64,000 nucleotides of DNA from Adineta vaga (Eukaryota > Animalia > Rotifera). The DNA lies in assembly GCA_021613535.1 (NCBI GenBank), contig CP075492.1, positions 3,596,001 to 3,660,000 on the forward strand, written 5' to 3'. The notes under the pieces were generated by a model, which worked only from the letters and a program-made list of their open reading frames with translations, was not told the DNA's origin and made no database searches. Of this stretch, positions 50,556 through 62,554 are shown one piece after another. The position numbers and the translations under genes are program-made. The first letter of the stretch is position 1, and every line of letters starts with the position of its first letter.

Positions 50556-53500
50556 GAATGAAACACATTTAAAACAAAACTAAATTCGGAAAGCTTTCTC
50601 AATGTTTTTTCTTTTCTATTCAATTAGTCTTTTACATTTTCTCTAAGAAAAATGTCTTGAATTGACATAGGAAGATATGTTTAGATGTATTGTAAAATTC
50701 TCAAATGAATTATAAATTTAAATCAGATTCTTTGTCTCACTATTGGATAATGATGATGACGTACTTCTTTTGGAGACATAACGATAAATAGATAATTATA
50801 ATTACGTACTTATTCAACAAGATTTGCAAATGAGATTGAAAATGATTCTCGATGAAAAATACGATTAGTAATCATCTTCGAGGTTTAGTATGACTATTTT
50901 GTCAGATCGAGAAATGGAAGTGACAATAGCATATCATTCCTTTCCATTATCGTCCGATGATGAAACAACAAGAGTTGGTTTCAGATGATTGATATCGAGA
51001 AAATTAATTAAACTAAAATAAAATATATTTTTGTTCTCTTCTGAGTAGAACTTTAAGATCTATTATAACAAATGTAAAGCCATTCGTAATTATTAGATTC
51101 AAAAGATAAAATCAAAGTAAACACGAGAAATAAAATTTTCAGTTCAGTTTACATGACAAAAATGAATATAGTAGTAAATAATGATATAAATTCGACGATA
51201 ATTGAACGTGATTTAGAATAAGATGAACTTGGTTATGATTTTATTCCTGTGTATTGTGTTTTATTTGCTCTCAGTTGTTTTACATTTCCATACTTGGAAT
51301 TCTGCCTATCTGTATTCATTATGATGGTATTTATTATCCAATAGTAATACAAAATGGAGCAGCAGCTATTGATCTTCAAGATCCATCAGAAACGCAAACA
51401 TATGATCTTTTTTTATGACTGAAGGAGATTTATTAATCCTATTTGTACCATATTTTCTCATGCTAATTATGTGTTTATTTGTTATTGCTATTTTTTTCTG
51501 TTGAATATGTCTTCCAGTCAATCAATAGACAGGACAAAATGGTCCATGAAATCATCGTCGTCTTCTTTATTCTCTCTTCATTTATTTCTTGTTCAGATTC
51601 TCTATGATTTGTGTCAAACGATTTTACATTTAGCTTATTCCATTTGTATGGACGCAATCACAACATTTATTGTTTATTTGAATTATATATTTAGTTTGAC
51701 AATTATTTTGCTAACTTTCAAAGAAATTCGGTTTACAATGTGGTTTATCTTTAATCGAAAACAGAATCGAGCTGGTTCGACCTATATAATCCATTGATCC
51801 ATCTTTCGTATTAAAGTCAATAGTAATTGGTTCTAAAACGACAAGAAATCATCGTTTTGTATTGTAGGAAAAGGCAACCGACTTTTTCGAATATATTTTG
51901 TCATCCTACGATAAGTAGAAAACAAGAAAAACATTCTTGAGGGTGTACAAGAGGCTATACACTTAACCCACACCCTTTTCAGACATTTCTTCAAAAGCAT
52001 GACTCTATTTCATCATATGGTCCAGTCTGCGTTTACCTTTGAATGTAATGTAATCAGGCGATCGGAAAACGCTTACACGACTGATCAAATGCTGCATATT
52101 TCGCCTCGTCTTTCACGACTCACTATAGAATGGAAGGATTTGTATCTTTGCTCACATTCGAATACAAATATGAAACATTTACATTTTCTACTCAACAAAA
52201 GATGCAACGGTCCAAATGAATACATTAATATTAACTATCTCTTTCAATTACTACCCAGCATTTGGTTATCTCGAAACTAGTCAACCTGATATATTATTCG
52301 ATGAAAATCTGATGAAATTTGTTGTAAAAATTGTTGATACAATTGATCAACTTGTTCAGGAAATAAATCGAAAGTGAAATTATAATACAAAGAATATTCT
52401 CAAGCATTTGTCAAATTATGTTGAACGAGCTTTTCAAGAAAAACTCGAGGATATATATATATATGAGGTACATGTACAGTTGAAGCACATCCTCACGTCG
52501 ACGACGTGTGTAATGTGTTAATTAAGTGTGATAGTGCAGTAGTATTAAACTTGAATTCAATGGAAACACAAAGTTTCAAAGGCACTATTATATGTGAAAA
52601 CACTCTGCAGCACCGTTCTTGTTGCCTTCGCCACCATCATCCACTCTCACACACATTTCATTTGAACAGAGCTGTCAAGTTCTACATGACTCTTGGAACC
52701 AGGCTATGGTTGTATAGAAAGGATGATTTTCTATTGAAAAAAATATTCTCTTTTATTTGTTTTTCTTCATGTTTTCTTCATATTTAAACCTCAGCCATTT
52801 AGAGCATCTGCTACTTTCTTTTTCATGTTGAAAAAGCCTCAGCTGTTGCTAACCATTAATGTGCTTAACTACGAACAAAAACAGAACGTCAAAAAACCCA
52901 GTACGATTGTCAATGTGTTGAATAGAGTCTAGATTGAGAAAAATAATTTTCTTCTAGCAATAGAGAGCATAACAATATCTACCAATGAGAAAGAAAAAAG
53001 TCTGGTGAGAGCATATAAAGAAGCGACTCTCGATGCTTTGGGTAGTCACTACCGTTTTAACTCAAACTGTTTTAAAAACACAAAATGTCTTATAATAGTC
53101 AAGAAGGTAAGGAATTTCCATTAAAGTTTTAGCTATGATATAAAGAAACATACACATTTATGAAAATGATGAAATGTTCTCAAATTTCTTCTGCAGCTAG
53201 ATTGTGACCCAATCCCAAACTCGAGCGATATATTTCTTTCTTTTTTCGACTGTTTCATATAATTCAGTACGACTCAGACTAAGTATTTTCTTAATTGTTA
53301 ATTTAGCACATGAGCTGTTTGTTGGCAATGAACATAGAACTGCAAACGTTCCCAATTTCGATACTTTATATTGTGAGTCAAATGATGAGGAAGAACGAAC
53401 GATTGATATCAATACTTCGATTCGGAAAGATTATCTTCTCAACTTCAGTGACATGGATTCAAGCCCAACATATGAAGAATGCACAGGATCGGGCCATATT

Positions 53501-53988
53501 CCACTGGGACTATGCGACCGAGCAGTTCTAGATGCTTCACCATGGTTTTCAGATCATCATGATCAAACAAGGTAGTGATTACTAGCACTTTATTTCTATC
53601 GAAAATGTTATTATCTCATACAGAAAACTTGAGCTGCCGGAAACTATCTAGCAGTCAGAGCATATGCATAATCTATTAAAATCCTATAGAGTATAGCGTA
53701 CACTTGAATTATGTGAGTTTGATTAATCATTTCTAGAGACGTACCGAGCTCGATCCTCTCAGTCTCAGTATATGCCGAATCACTAAGAATCTCCCGAAAT
53801 TCCACTTCAATCCAATTCGCGGAATTCTGGGCACTTAGGAGCTAATTTCGCAATGTGAAACATAATTTCCAATTGATTTATATAGGAATGATTATAAAGG
53901 TAGTCAACTCACTCAAGACCAACTGAAACTACAGAACCTGTGAAAGCGGATTTCCTAGATATAGTAAAGAAAAATATGGTGAAGACAA

Positions 53989-54765
53989 ATGGTCGATGAT
54001 ACATCCAATTGTCGAGAGTGTATGCGGAAACCCATGCACATTCGTAATCATACCCGATCAGGCTTATCTATGTCACAACAAGGTACAGATTCTATAAAGT
54101 TGGATGAGCTTAAAGATATAAGAGCTGATAAAAACGATGACAACTTGTATTGGTATCACGCAACGAATTGGGACAACGCAGAGTGTATCATTAAATGCGG
54201 TCCAGCTCCAAGTAATAAACCTGGAGATCTGTCGACGTCACGAACTGCATTTTATTTGAACCCTGACTACGATGACTGTTACAATTGGCTTTTGACAAAG
54301 AATAGCGAATTCAAGGGATACCATGCCGTACTAATTTTCAAATTTGCACCAGAAGAAATAAGCGAAAATGGAAGGAGACTAACAAAACAAGAATGGAAAC
54401 AGATCGCTTCAAATTCTTCAACGAAGGTTTGCCGGAGCAATGATTGGTTACTTGCTTATCAAAGTGCTAATCCTGAAAGTATGGGGAAGAAGGGACAAAC
54501 ACCAGAAATTCGTCGGACAAGTGCTGGTGAGAATGCAAAACAGCTAATTATTTATTGTGCCAAAATGTGTCGAAATCTTCGCTCATGTCTGATCGGTTGT
54601 GTATTTTATCAAAAAGTGATTTCCATTAACAGATTTCATAAAAATGATTACGATCGAGAAAATTTTTTAATTAAAACAAATCCTAATAAAAGAAGTAAGA
54701 AAAAATCTACAGTCAAACAAGAAGAAAAACATCATCGAAAACATACATATGGCAATGCTGATTAA
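53989..54765 (+). CDS. ART-fold (H-Y type, DUF3990/PARP-like) domain protein; likely last exon, upstream exons at about 53300-53570 uncertain
   Basis: LYWYHAT...IIKCGP...GDLS...AFYLNPD....YNW...AVLIFKF...KQLIIY resembles the YHGT...DFG.GFY pattern. Confidence 0.5.
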   Translation: MVDDTSNCRECMRKPMHIRNHTRSGLSMSQQGTDSIKLDELKDIRADKNDDNLYWYHATNWDNAECIIKCGPAPSNKPGDLSTSRTAFYLNPDYDDCYNWLLTKNSEFKGYHAVLIFKFAPEEISENGRRLTKQEWKQIASNSSTKVCRSNDWLLAYQSANPESMGKKGQTPEIRRTSAGENAKQLIIYCAKMCRNLRSCLIGCVFYQKVISINRFHKNDYDRENFLIKTNPNKRSKKKSTVKQEEKHHRKHTYGNAD

Positions 54766-54828
54766 TACGTGTCCTGCAATCACACACATACAGCCAAATG
54801 TAAAAATCATCGGCCATTTTTATTTCCA

Positions 54829-55015
54829 TGACAGTTAAAAAAGTCCGATATTAGTTGTTTCAAAAAAAATAGAAAAAGGTTAACAAAAAAAAACAAAAAA
54901 AAGAGAACAAAATTATCTAAACTTTAAAAAAAACCTAATAAATAGCTGAAAAATTTTAAAAAGTCATTTTTTGCTCAAAATACTCAGCTAATATCGGATA
55001 TTTTTTGTATTGTCA
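54829..55015. mobile_element. Small MITE-like inverted-repeat element
   Basis: tgacagttaaaaaagtccgatattagttg (54829-54857) versus cagctaatatcggatattttttgtattgtca (54985-55015). Confidence 0.5.
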
Positions 55016-55784
55016 GTGTCTACCAATTTGCTTGATAAGAATGTCCTCATCTTTTTTTTGTACTGCCAAAAATAAACAAAATCTTGCGTACATTAGAATT
55101 CAATCTTCTATCTTTTGTTCACAATGTTGATTGAAATAGACGTGTTTCTAAGAAACAAATCTTTACTTTTCTGTGCCCATTTATACTAGTTGATATCTGT
55201 TCGAATCATTTGAACATCTCGTTAAATTTCTCATTGATTGTTTGTATTTTCATCAAAGCAACAACGACGAAATAGTTAGTGAATTTCAGATGATTTCACA
55301 CAATCATAACCAGTTTTGCCATCTTTCTTACGTAAAGTTCTCGTACAAATATCTTTTTCTTTGAGTAATAAACCTTTGTAAGTTACCGTGGGTAACAAGC
55401 GACGAACATGCTCAATATTGAAAATAATCGTCCTCTATTTTCAATGTACATACATCTGATTAGAAATAATAATTAAAAAGTCACAGTTTTATTGTTATTT
55501 TTTCATTCTCGTTTATATAGATAATAAAAATTGTTTTGTATTTTTTTTCTCATTAAATTTGATATTTCAACAGTAAAATAGTAATTACCTCATGGGAGAT
55601 TGAATTCAAGTGGGAAACAAATAACCTTTTTCTTATGAAATATTTTCTACGATAAAAGCAAAAGATCAAACCTATTTAAACATACAACTCATCGGCGAAA
55701 TAACACGGTTTGTTTTAACGATAAAAAAACCAGGTAATTTCTTGAAAATATATTTTGTTTTCTTAAGGATAAAAAAGAGTACTA

Positions 55785-58614
55785 ATGGATAATCTTCGTT
55801 TACGTGCTACCATATTGAATATTCACGATCGTCTTACTGCTGATGATCGAACACGTCTTCATCTTTATCTTGGTGATGATGAAGATCTTCCACGAAGAAT
55901 TCGAGATGATCCATCATTAAGTGGGACTTTACGTCTGATGGATTGTCTTTTCGATCGAGATACAATAAATAATCAAGATTTTAGTTTTCTTATCAATGCA
56001 CTCGATGGAATTCAATGTTTTGATGCTGCAAATTTGTTACGAAGTAAATTGATTCTTTTTTTTCTCGAAAAAATATTGTTTTGTCTAGGACATTTAAATC
56101 GAAATCGTAATGTTGATTTAAATAATTCGCTACAAAGTTTATCATCAATTATGCCACTCATCTGTAATCAGCCGCTTCGCCGTCTAGAAGATGAGAAAGG
56201 TAAACCATCTGTCGGATTGTGTATGTCATAAGTAAAATAAATGAATAATTTTATTTGATTTTAGCTAATGGTCTTCAGATAAACAATAATGGTACAAATA
56301 TTCAGGATACTTATGTAACTACAATGAAAAACAATAGAAATGTGGTATCATTGAAATTAAAAGGAAAGAAATTGCCGAAGAAATGCTCATTACCATTGAT
56401 TTTGTTATTGTGCATTATGATCGTAGCAGTCATACTTTTATTTGCTTGGATTTATGTGAAATTTCCCATATTTAAAAAAGAAAATAGTAAGTCTATCAAA
56501 ATAATCAAACAAATTCCAATAGAACAGGGGAAAGTGCAACTTAACTTTTCTGCCTGAATATACGAGATTGAAATAAATAATTACATTTGGGAGATGTTTT
56601 TTTTCCAACTCATCAAACTTTAGTCACTCTTAATAATAATCTCATTTTAGGGCATGGTATAATGCCAGATAATTCAAGATCTTTTCAAAATCACAGTACG
56701 ATCGCCCAGCATCACGAAATTACCCCATCTTTCGATCACATGAATGAAGTTACAAGCTATAACAATATTGCAGAACTATATTTCAAGATGAGAAACTACT
56801 CAAAAGCACTGGAAATATTAGATACTCAAAAACAACAACTTTCAGCTGATTCTCCGAAATTAATCCCCATCTACAATCGAATTGGTCTAATACACTCCTA
56901 CATGGGAGAACATTCAGCAGCTCTTGATGATTACAAAATCGTGCTGTCAATTCAACAAAAATCTCCTTTTCCTAATCATGCAGATTTAGCTACTACGTAC
57001 AACAGCATGGGTTTAATGTATTCTTACACTGGAGAATACAACAGAGCTCTCGAGAACTATAAAAAAGCATTAGATATTCAACAAAAAGATGTTTCTTCAA
57101 ATCATCCAGATTCCGCTACAACGTATAACAACATTGGTGAAGCATATTTTAAACTGGGGGAATACTCAACAGCTCTTACAAAATTCAACAAAGCGTTTGA
57201 GATTCAACAAAAAACTCGTTCTCCAAACCATTCGATTTTAGCAATTACTTACAATAATATTGGTCAGGTACAGTTCAAAATAGGAAATCATTCAACAGCT
57301 CTTCAGAGTTATACAGAAGCACTTAGTATTCAGCGACAATTTCCTTCCGTAAACAATCAAACAATAGCCATCATTCATAATAACTTCGGTACATATTATT
57401 CTGCCAGGGCACAGTATTCAAAAGCTCTTGACAAGTACCACGAGGCACTCAAAATTCAACAAAATTATCTTTCTAGCGATCATCCTGATTTAGCTGTAAT
57501 TTATAACAATATTGGTGAAGTGTACTTCAAGCGTGGAAACTTCTCAAAAGCTCGAAAAGAGTATAACAAGGCACTGAATATTCAAAAAAAGAATCCTGCA
57601 TCAAATCATCCAAATTTAGCCGTTACCTACATTCACATTGATCTAGTCGATTTAGATGAGGTAGGAGACTTAAAATCTCGTAACTACTTCGACAAGGCAA
57701 TAGAAATTCAAGAAAAACATCTTCCTTTTGGACATTCCGATTTAGCCGCTACTTACAACAATGTCGGCTCAATGTTTCTCAAGAAGGAAGATTATAAAAG
57801 AGCTCGTGAAAACTATGAAAAGGCATTACAAATTCAACAAAATTCTTTTTCTGCTGATCATATCGACTTGGCTACGACTTACAACAACTTCGGTGAATTA
57901 GATCTCAAATACGAAGAATACACAAAAGCTTTGGAAAACTTTAACAAAACATTAGGAATTCAACAAAAATCTCTTCCTCTCACTCATCCAGATTTTGCTA
58001 TAACTTACAACAATATGGGGGAAATACAGCTCAAAAAAGGAATGAATTTAACAGCACTTGCTTACTTCAACAAAGCATTAGAAATTCAACAAAAATCATT
58101 TCAGTCTAATCATCCAGCTATAGGTATTACATACAACAATATTGGTTCAGTATATTCGACGATAAAAAATTATTCAAAAGCACTTGAATACTATAACAAA
58201 GCACTTGCTATTCAAAAACAAATCCTTCGTACAAACCATCCAAGTTTAGCCACTACCTACAACAACATTGGCTTAATATATTTCGAAATGCAAAACTATT
58301 CAACATCATTTAAAACCTACACAAAGGCACTCGAAATTCAAGAAAAATCTCTTCCTCCCGATCATTCAGACTTAGCCTCTACTTTGATTAACATCGGTAA
58401 AGTGTACTTTCAGTTGGAAAAGAACGATGAAGCTCTCGAAAAGTTCAATAAAGCACTCAGCATTCAACAAAAATCTCTTCCCTCGGAACATTCCACCCTC
58501 GCTACAACTTACAACAACATTGGCTCAGTACATGAAAAGATGGGATTACCTACAAAAGCTCGCGAATTCTATGAGAAAGCGCAGAAAATTAATAGAAAAT
58601 CACTTTCCAATTGA
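55785..58614 (+). CDS. Death-effector-domain-like + single TM + about 14 TPR repeats; exons 55785-56043, 56089-56199, 56265-56486, 56651-58614
   Basis: LR.....I...LT..D...L..YL.D..PR...L.LMD.L.DRD.IN..D.S.LI.AL..I...DAA.LL (DED-like); TM LPLILLLCIMIVAVILLFAWIYV; 42-aa TPRs HP.LA.TYNNIG..Y...G.Y..AL..Y.KAL.IQ; all junctions are phase 1 and compatible. Confidence 0.82.
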
Positions 58615-58901
58615 AACATTTGTATTCAGGAGTTTTGAAATAGAAATAAAAAACACGAAATATTCATTTGATTATTTTGTCCATTCTCACATTTACATCA
58701 ATCGAAAAAGGAACTTTCAAATTGTTGTTTTTTTAATTTAACAATCGTTATTTTAAGAGCTTATATGAAGATGAAGTGATTTACATTTTCATATCGTATT
58801 AAGTGAATTTGATTTTCAATAAGTTTTGTTAAGAAAAATTGTTATTCAAAACAAAATTCAGTCACTTATAAATGATTTTCAATTCAAAAGTATGTGAATA
58901 A

Positions 58902-61608
58902 ATGTCTTCTATTATCGGCACATTCGATGTATCTTTTCCCGAAACGAATCGATCTGTTCAAAGTAAGAGTCTAACAGAGCTTCGACTTTTATTTATAAAA
59001 TCGTTTTCATTATAGTAAGTAATTTGGATGAACCTGAGTATCATTCAAATGACTATTCTCGAACGAAACATTCCTATGTATCGGAATTAACAACACAAGT
59101 ATCATCCATTGAACATTCAATTACTCAAGAAAATGGACGTAAACCTTGTAATAATGCATATCAATTATGTGCTATGATCATTGGTTCGGAAAAATATCAA
59201 CAAATACTTAAATCTTCTTACGAATTATTTCAATTATTTCTATATACATTTGATTCTTCAAAAACAGTGATGAATTTAATTGAAAATATATTTGATTCAA
59301 CGAAAAATATATCAATTGATTTAAGTATCTGTGTTGTTTATCAAAATCGTCAATTAGATGAAAGTGAATATCTTATAACTCAATCATTTCAAACAAATCT
59401 TATTGTTTATATTCTCTTAATTCCAACCAATAGAAATAATCTTTCCAAATCATTGAAATTCTCAATCAGTTCTGATATTTACATTCGAATAACAGAAAAA
59501 GATCATAATAAATGTCAAATAGTTCGAATGAAAGATATCAATAAAGATACAACAATTCAATTTCTAAAACAACGTGCTTTAGAAATACTTGAAATAAAGA
59601 AAATAACATCTCATCGAATTCGAATGTATTATTATGGATATGAATTATTTGATGATTTACGACCATTATCATTCGAATTTTCCTTTTTTATCAATTCAGA
59701 AAAATTACCAATCATTTTCGATCTTATTCTTTATGAAATTCGATCAAAATCAACATGTTATACAAATAATTATGATGATCACAGTGAAATTGAAGATATT
59801 AACAATAGTACAGATCTTTTTGAAACAGATTATGAAATTTTTTTTCGAAATTTTGCTTTTATTTATTACATACGTTTATATCTCTACGCCGTAATCGTAA
59901 ATCAGTAAGTATTATATATACATTTCATGTGAAATTTTAATTTGTCATTATTCTAATAGATCAACACGAAATGATCTTTCGGAATTTTATTCATTTTGTG
60001 ATAAAAATCAATCCAATCAATTAAATGAACATCAATCCACATTAGGTTTATTAACATTTTTTATGTACATTAACAAAGATTTAGTTGAATATCAACTCGA
60101 TGAGAAAAATCTCCTTCCAATTATTTATGAAAATGATCATTATAATCTCGAAGATTTCCAAACATTAATAATCGATACATTAACTGAATACATTCGTCAA
60201 CAAACATTTCATTATCCTGAATATTCACATTTTAAAGACTCATCATCGCCTTCTCAAATCAATAAACAAATTGAGAATTTATCCAAAGGTATTGAAAATA
60301 CTCTAACAAAGCATTTACAATTTTCTAATGAAACTGATTATCAAAGTCCATTTCTTATAACAAAAACTATCACGCATACATTTTTATTTCTATTCAGTCT
60401 AATTTTTCTTCCAATGACTCTTTTCATTTTCTTCATCATTCAAACACGATCATTTATTTCATCTCAAAATCAAGTTGTACGATATTTTCTTGGTATTATT
60501 TTAATCTTTACTTCGATAGTTTTATCCTGTGTTGGTTATTTGATTTTGCTCAATATGATTTATTTTTATTATTTCTATGAAGAAAATTTATTTTGGAAAA
60601 TCAGTTCTTTGGAAGTTTATTGGCCATTGATATTGATGATTTATTTGCTTTTTGTGATTTATCTTTATGTAGTGGAAGAATTTTCATCGAATTCTAATGA
60701 GAAAAAACGAGAAGAAATGATGAAAATGTTCAATCAAGCAGAAATTGAAATGTTAAAACATAAAATTCAAATCATAAATATTGAAGAATCAAAATGTAAT
60801 TCTTTCTGGAAAAATATTTATAAAAGCGAATTTAAAAATACAAAATTTCATTTAATTTTATGTAAAATCTTTCTTTTTATTCTTATTCTTAGTATTACTG
60901 CAATTCATACATGTATTCCAACAATCCATCGTACTTATTCTTATTATTCAAATCGAACGAAACCATTTCAAGTTCAATCGATACAAATTTCTTATTTTCT
61001 ATTTGGTTTTTCTCTTTATTTCATCTATCTTATCATGATTAGTCACACGTTTTATCAATATCGAATTCTCTACAATCAAATCTTACGTAAAACCATCATT
61101 AATAATCATTTAAATCTAAAAAATTCAAATCATTTTTATCTTTTCTTCACTTTAATTCATCAAAAATTACAATTACATCAAACTCTTCAATATCCAGTAA
61201 GTTCTATACATTCCTCATCGTCATTGAATATCGTTTTAGATATTATTCACATTGATATTTGATTTGATCTTAATCATAATTTCAATCATGCGATTAGTTA
61301 CTCATGTGACGAATATTTTGATTTTAATGGATATTATTATATTATCAATTGTAATTTTTGTTTTTCTTCGTGGAATTGACGTGATGAATAGAACAATAAG
61401 ACGAGAATTATCGGAATTAGTTTTTCGTACACAACGAGAAATGTTTCAAAATGAAAATTGGAAATATACACATTTAGATAGTTTTAAAGGAGATTTCTAT
61501 ACGATAACATTCTTTGGATTTCATATTGATCAAATATTTCTATTCAATTTATTCTTTATAATATTAATCGGTATTATTTCATCAATTTTCACTTTATTTA
61601 TTAATTAA
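58902..61608 (+). CDS. Multi-exon polytopic membrane protein with a possible ubiquitin-like segment and a C-terminus reminiscent of 7TM ion channel (GR/PHTF-like) proteins
   Basis: About 7 hydrophobic helices in 60370-61608; TTIQFLKQ...RIRMYYYGYELFDD (Ubl-like); C-terminal ITFFGFHIDQIFLFNLFFIILIGIISS; gtaagt donors at about 59905 and 61197. Confidence 0.6.
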
Positions 61609-62377
61609 AACTAAAAGCGAGTTGTTCAATTGAACCAATTTTGATTTGTTTTTCATTTTCAATCGATCGAATGAATACTGAAGCATCATTCAATGATTCA
61701 AATGTTCCCATATCAAACCAGATTGTTTCTTTGTTTAATAAATGAACATGAAGTTTCTTTTTTTCGAAATAAATTCTATTTATATCAGTTATTTCATATT
61801 CACCTCGATCGGATGGTCGAAGTGTTTTTGCAATTTGAATCACATCATTATCATAGAAATACAAACCAGTTATTGCTTTATTAGATTTTGGTTTACAAGG
61901 TTTTTCTTCAATGGAAATCGGTTGATTATTTTCATCAAGTTCAATAATACCATAACGATAAGGATCAGTGACTTCATAAGCAAATATACAAGCTCCATCT
62001 ACATTCATAAATGCTTGTAATTGTTGTGAAAGATGTTCATGATAAAATAGATTATCACCAAGAATCAATGCAACTTTGTCATTTTGTAGAAATTCTTCAG
62101 CAAGAATAAATGCTTGAGCAATTCCATTCGGTTGATTTTGTATTTGATATTGAAAATGACAACCAAATTGATTTCCATTTTCTAATAATTTTTCAAATAA
62201 ATAATAATCTTCTTTCGTTGTTATAATCAATATTTCTCGAATTCCTATCATCATCAAAACAGATAATGGATAATAAATCATTGGTTTATTATAAATAGGT
62301 AATAAATGTTTAGAAAAAACTTTTGTTAAAGGATATAAACGAGTACCTAAACCTCCTGCAAGAATAATACCTTTCAT
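61601..62377 (-). CDS. rmlA: Glucose-1-phosphate thymidylyltransferase (RmlA/RfbA), intronless, C-terminally shortened
   Basis: MKGIILAGGLGTRLYPLT, LLPIYNKPMIYYPLS, QPNGIAQAF, LILGDNLFY, EEKP..PKSN.AITGLYFYD, PSDRGEYEITD, WFDMGT. Confidence 0.95.
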   Translation of the reverse strand: MKGIILAGGLGTRLYPLTKVFSKHLLPIYNKPMIYYPLSVLMMIGIREILIITTKEDYYLFEKLLENGNQFGCHFQYQIQNQPNGIAQAFILAEEFLQNDKVALILGDNLFYHEHLSQQLQAFMNVDGACIFAYEVTDPYRYGIIELDENNQPISIEEKPCKPKSNKAITGLYFYDNDVIQIAKTLRPSDRGEYEITDINRIYFEKKKLHVHLLNKETIWFDMGTFESLNDASVFIRSIENEKQIKIGSIEQLAFSFN

Positions 62378-62554
62378 GTTGTCTCTTATTCAAATCAATA
62401 TGATGCATTTCTTTTCGATTGTATATCAGTAGAACATGTGTTTCATTGAATAATTATTTAGAGAGAAAGAAAGAAAGAAACGTCTTCCTATTTATTTATT
62501 GGTGAATGAATTTATCCAACTGCGGAAGAGAAAAAGAAATATCTATGTTTTAGT
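62378..62554. promoter_or_regulatory. Putative bidirectional promoter between rmlA and rmlB
   Basis: Only 177 bp separate the two divergent ATGs; no specific motif identified. Confidence 0.45.
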
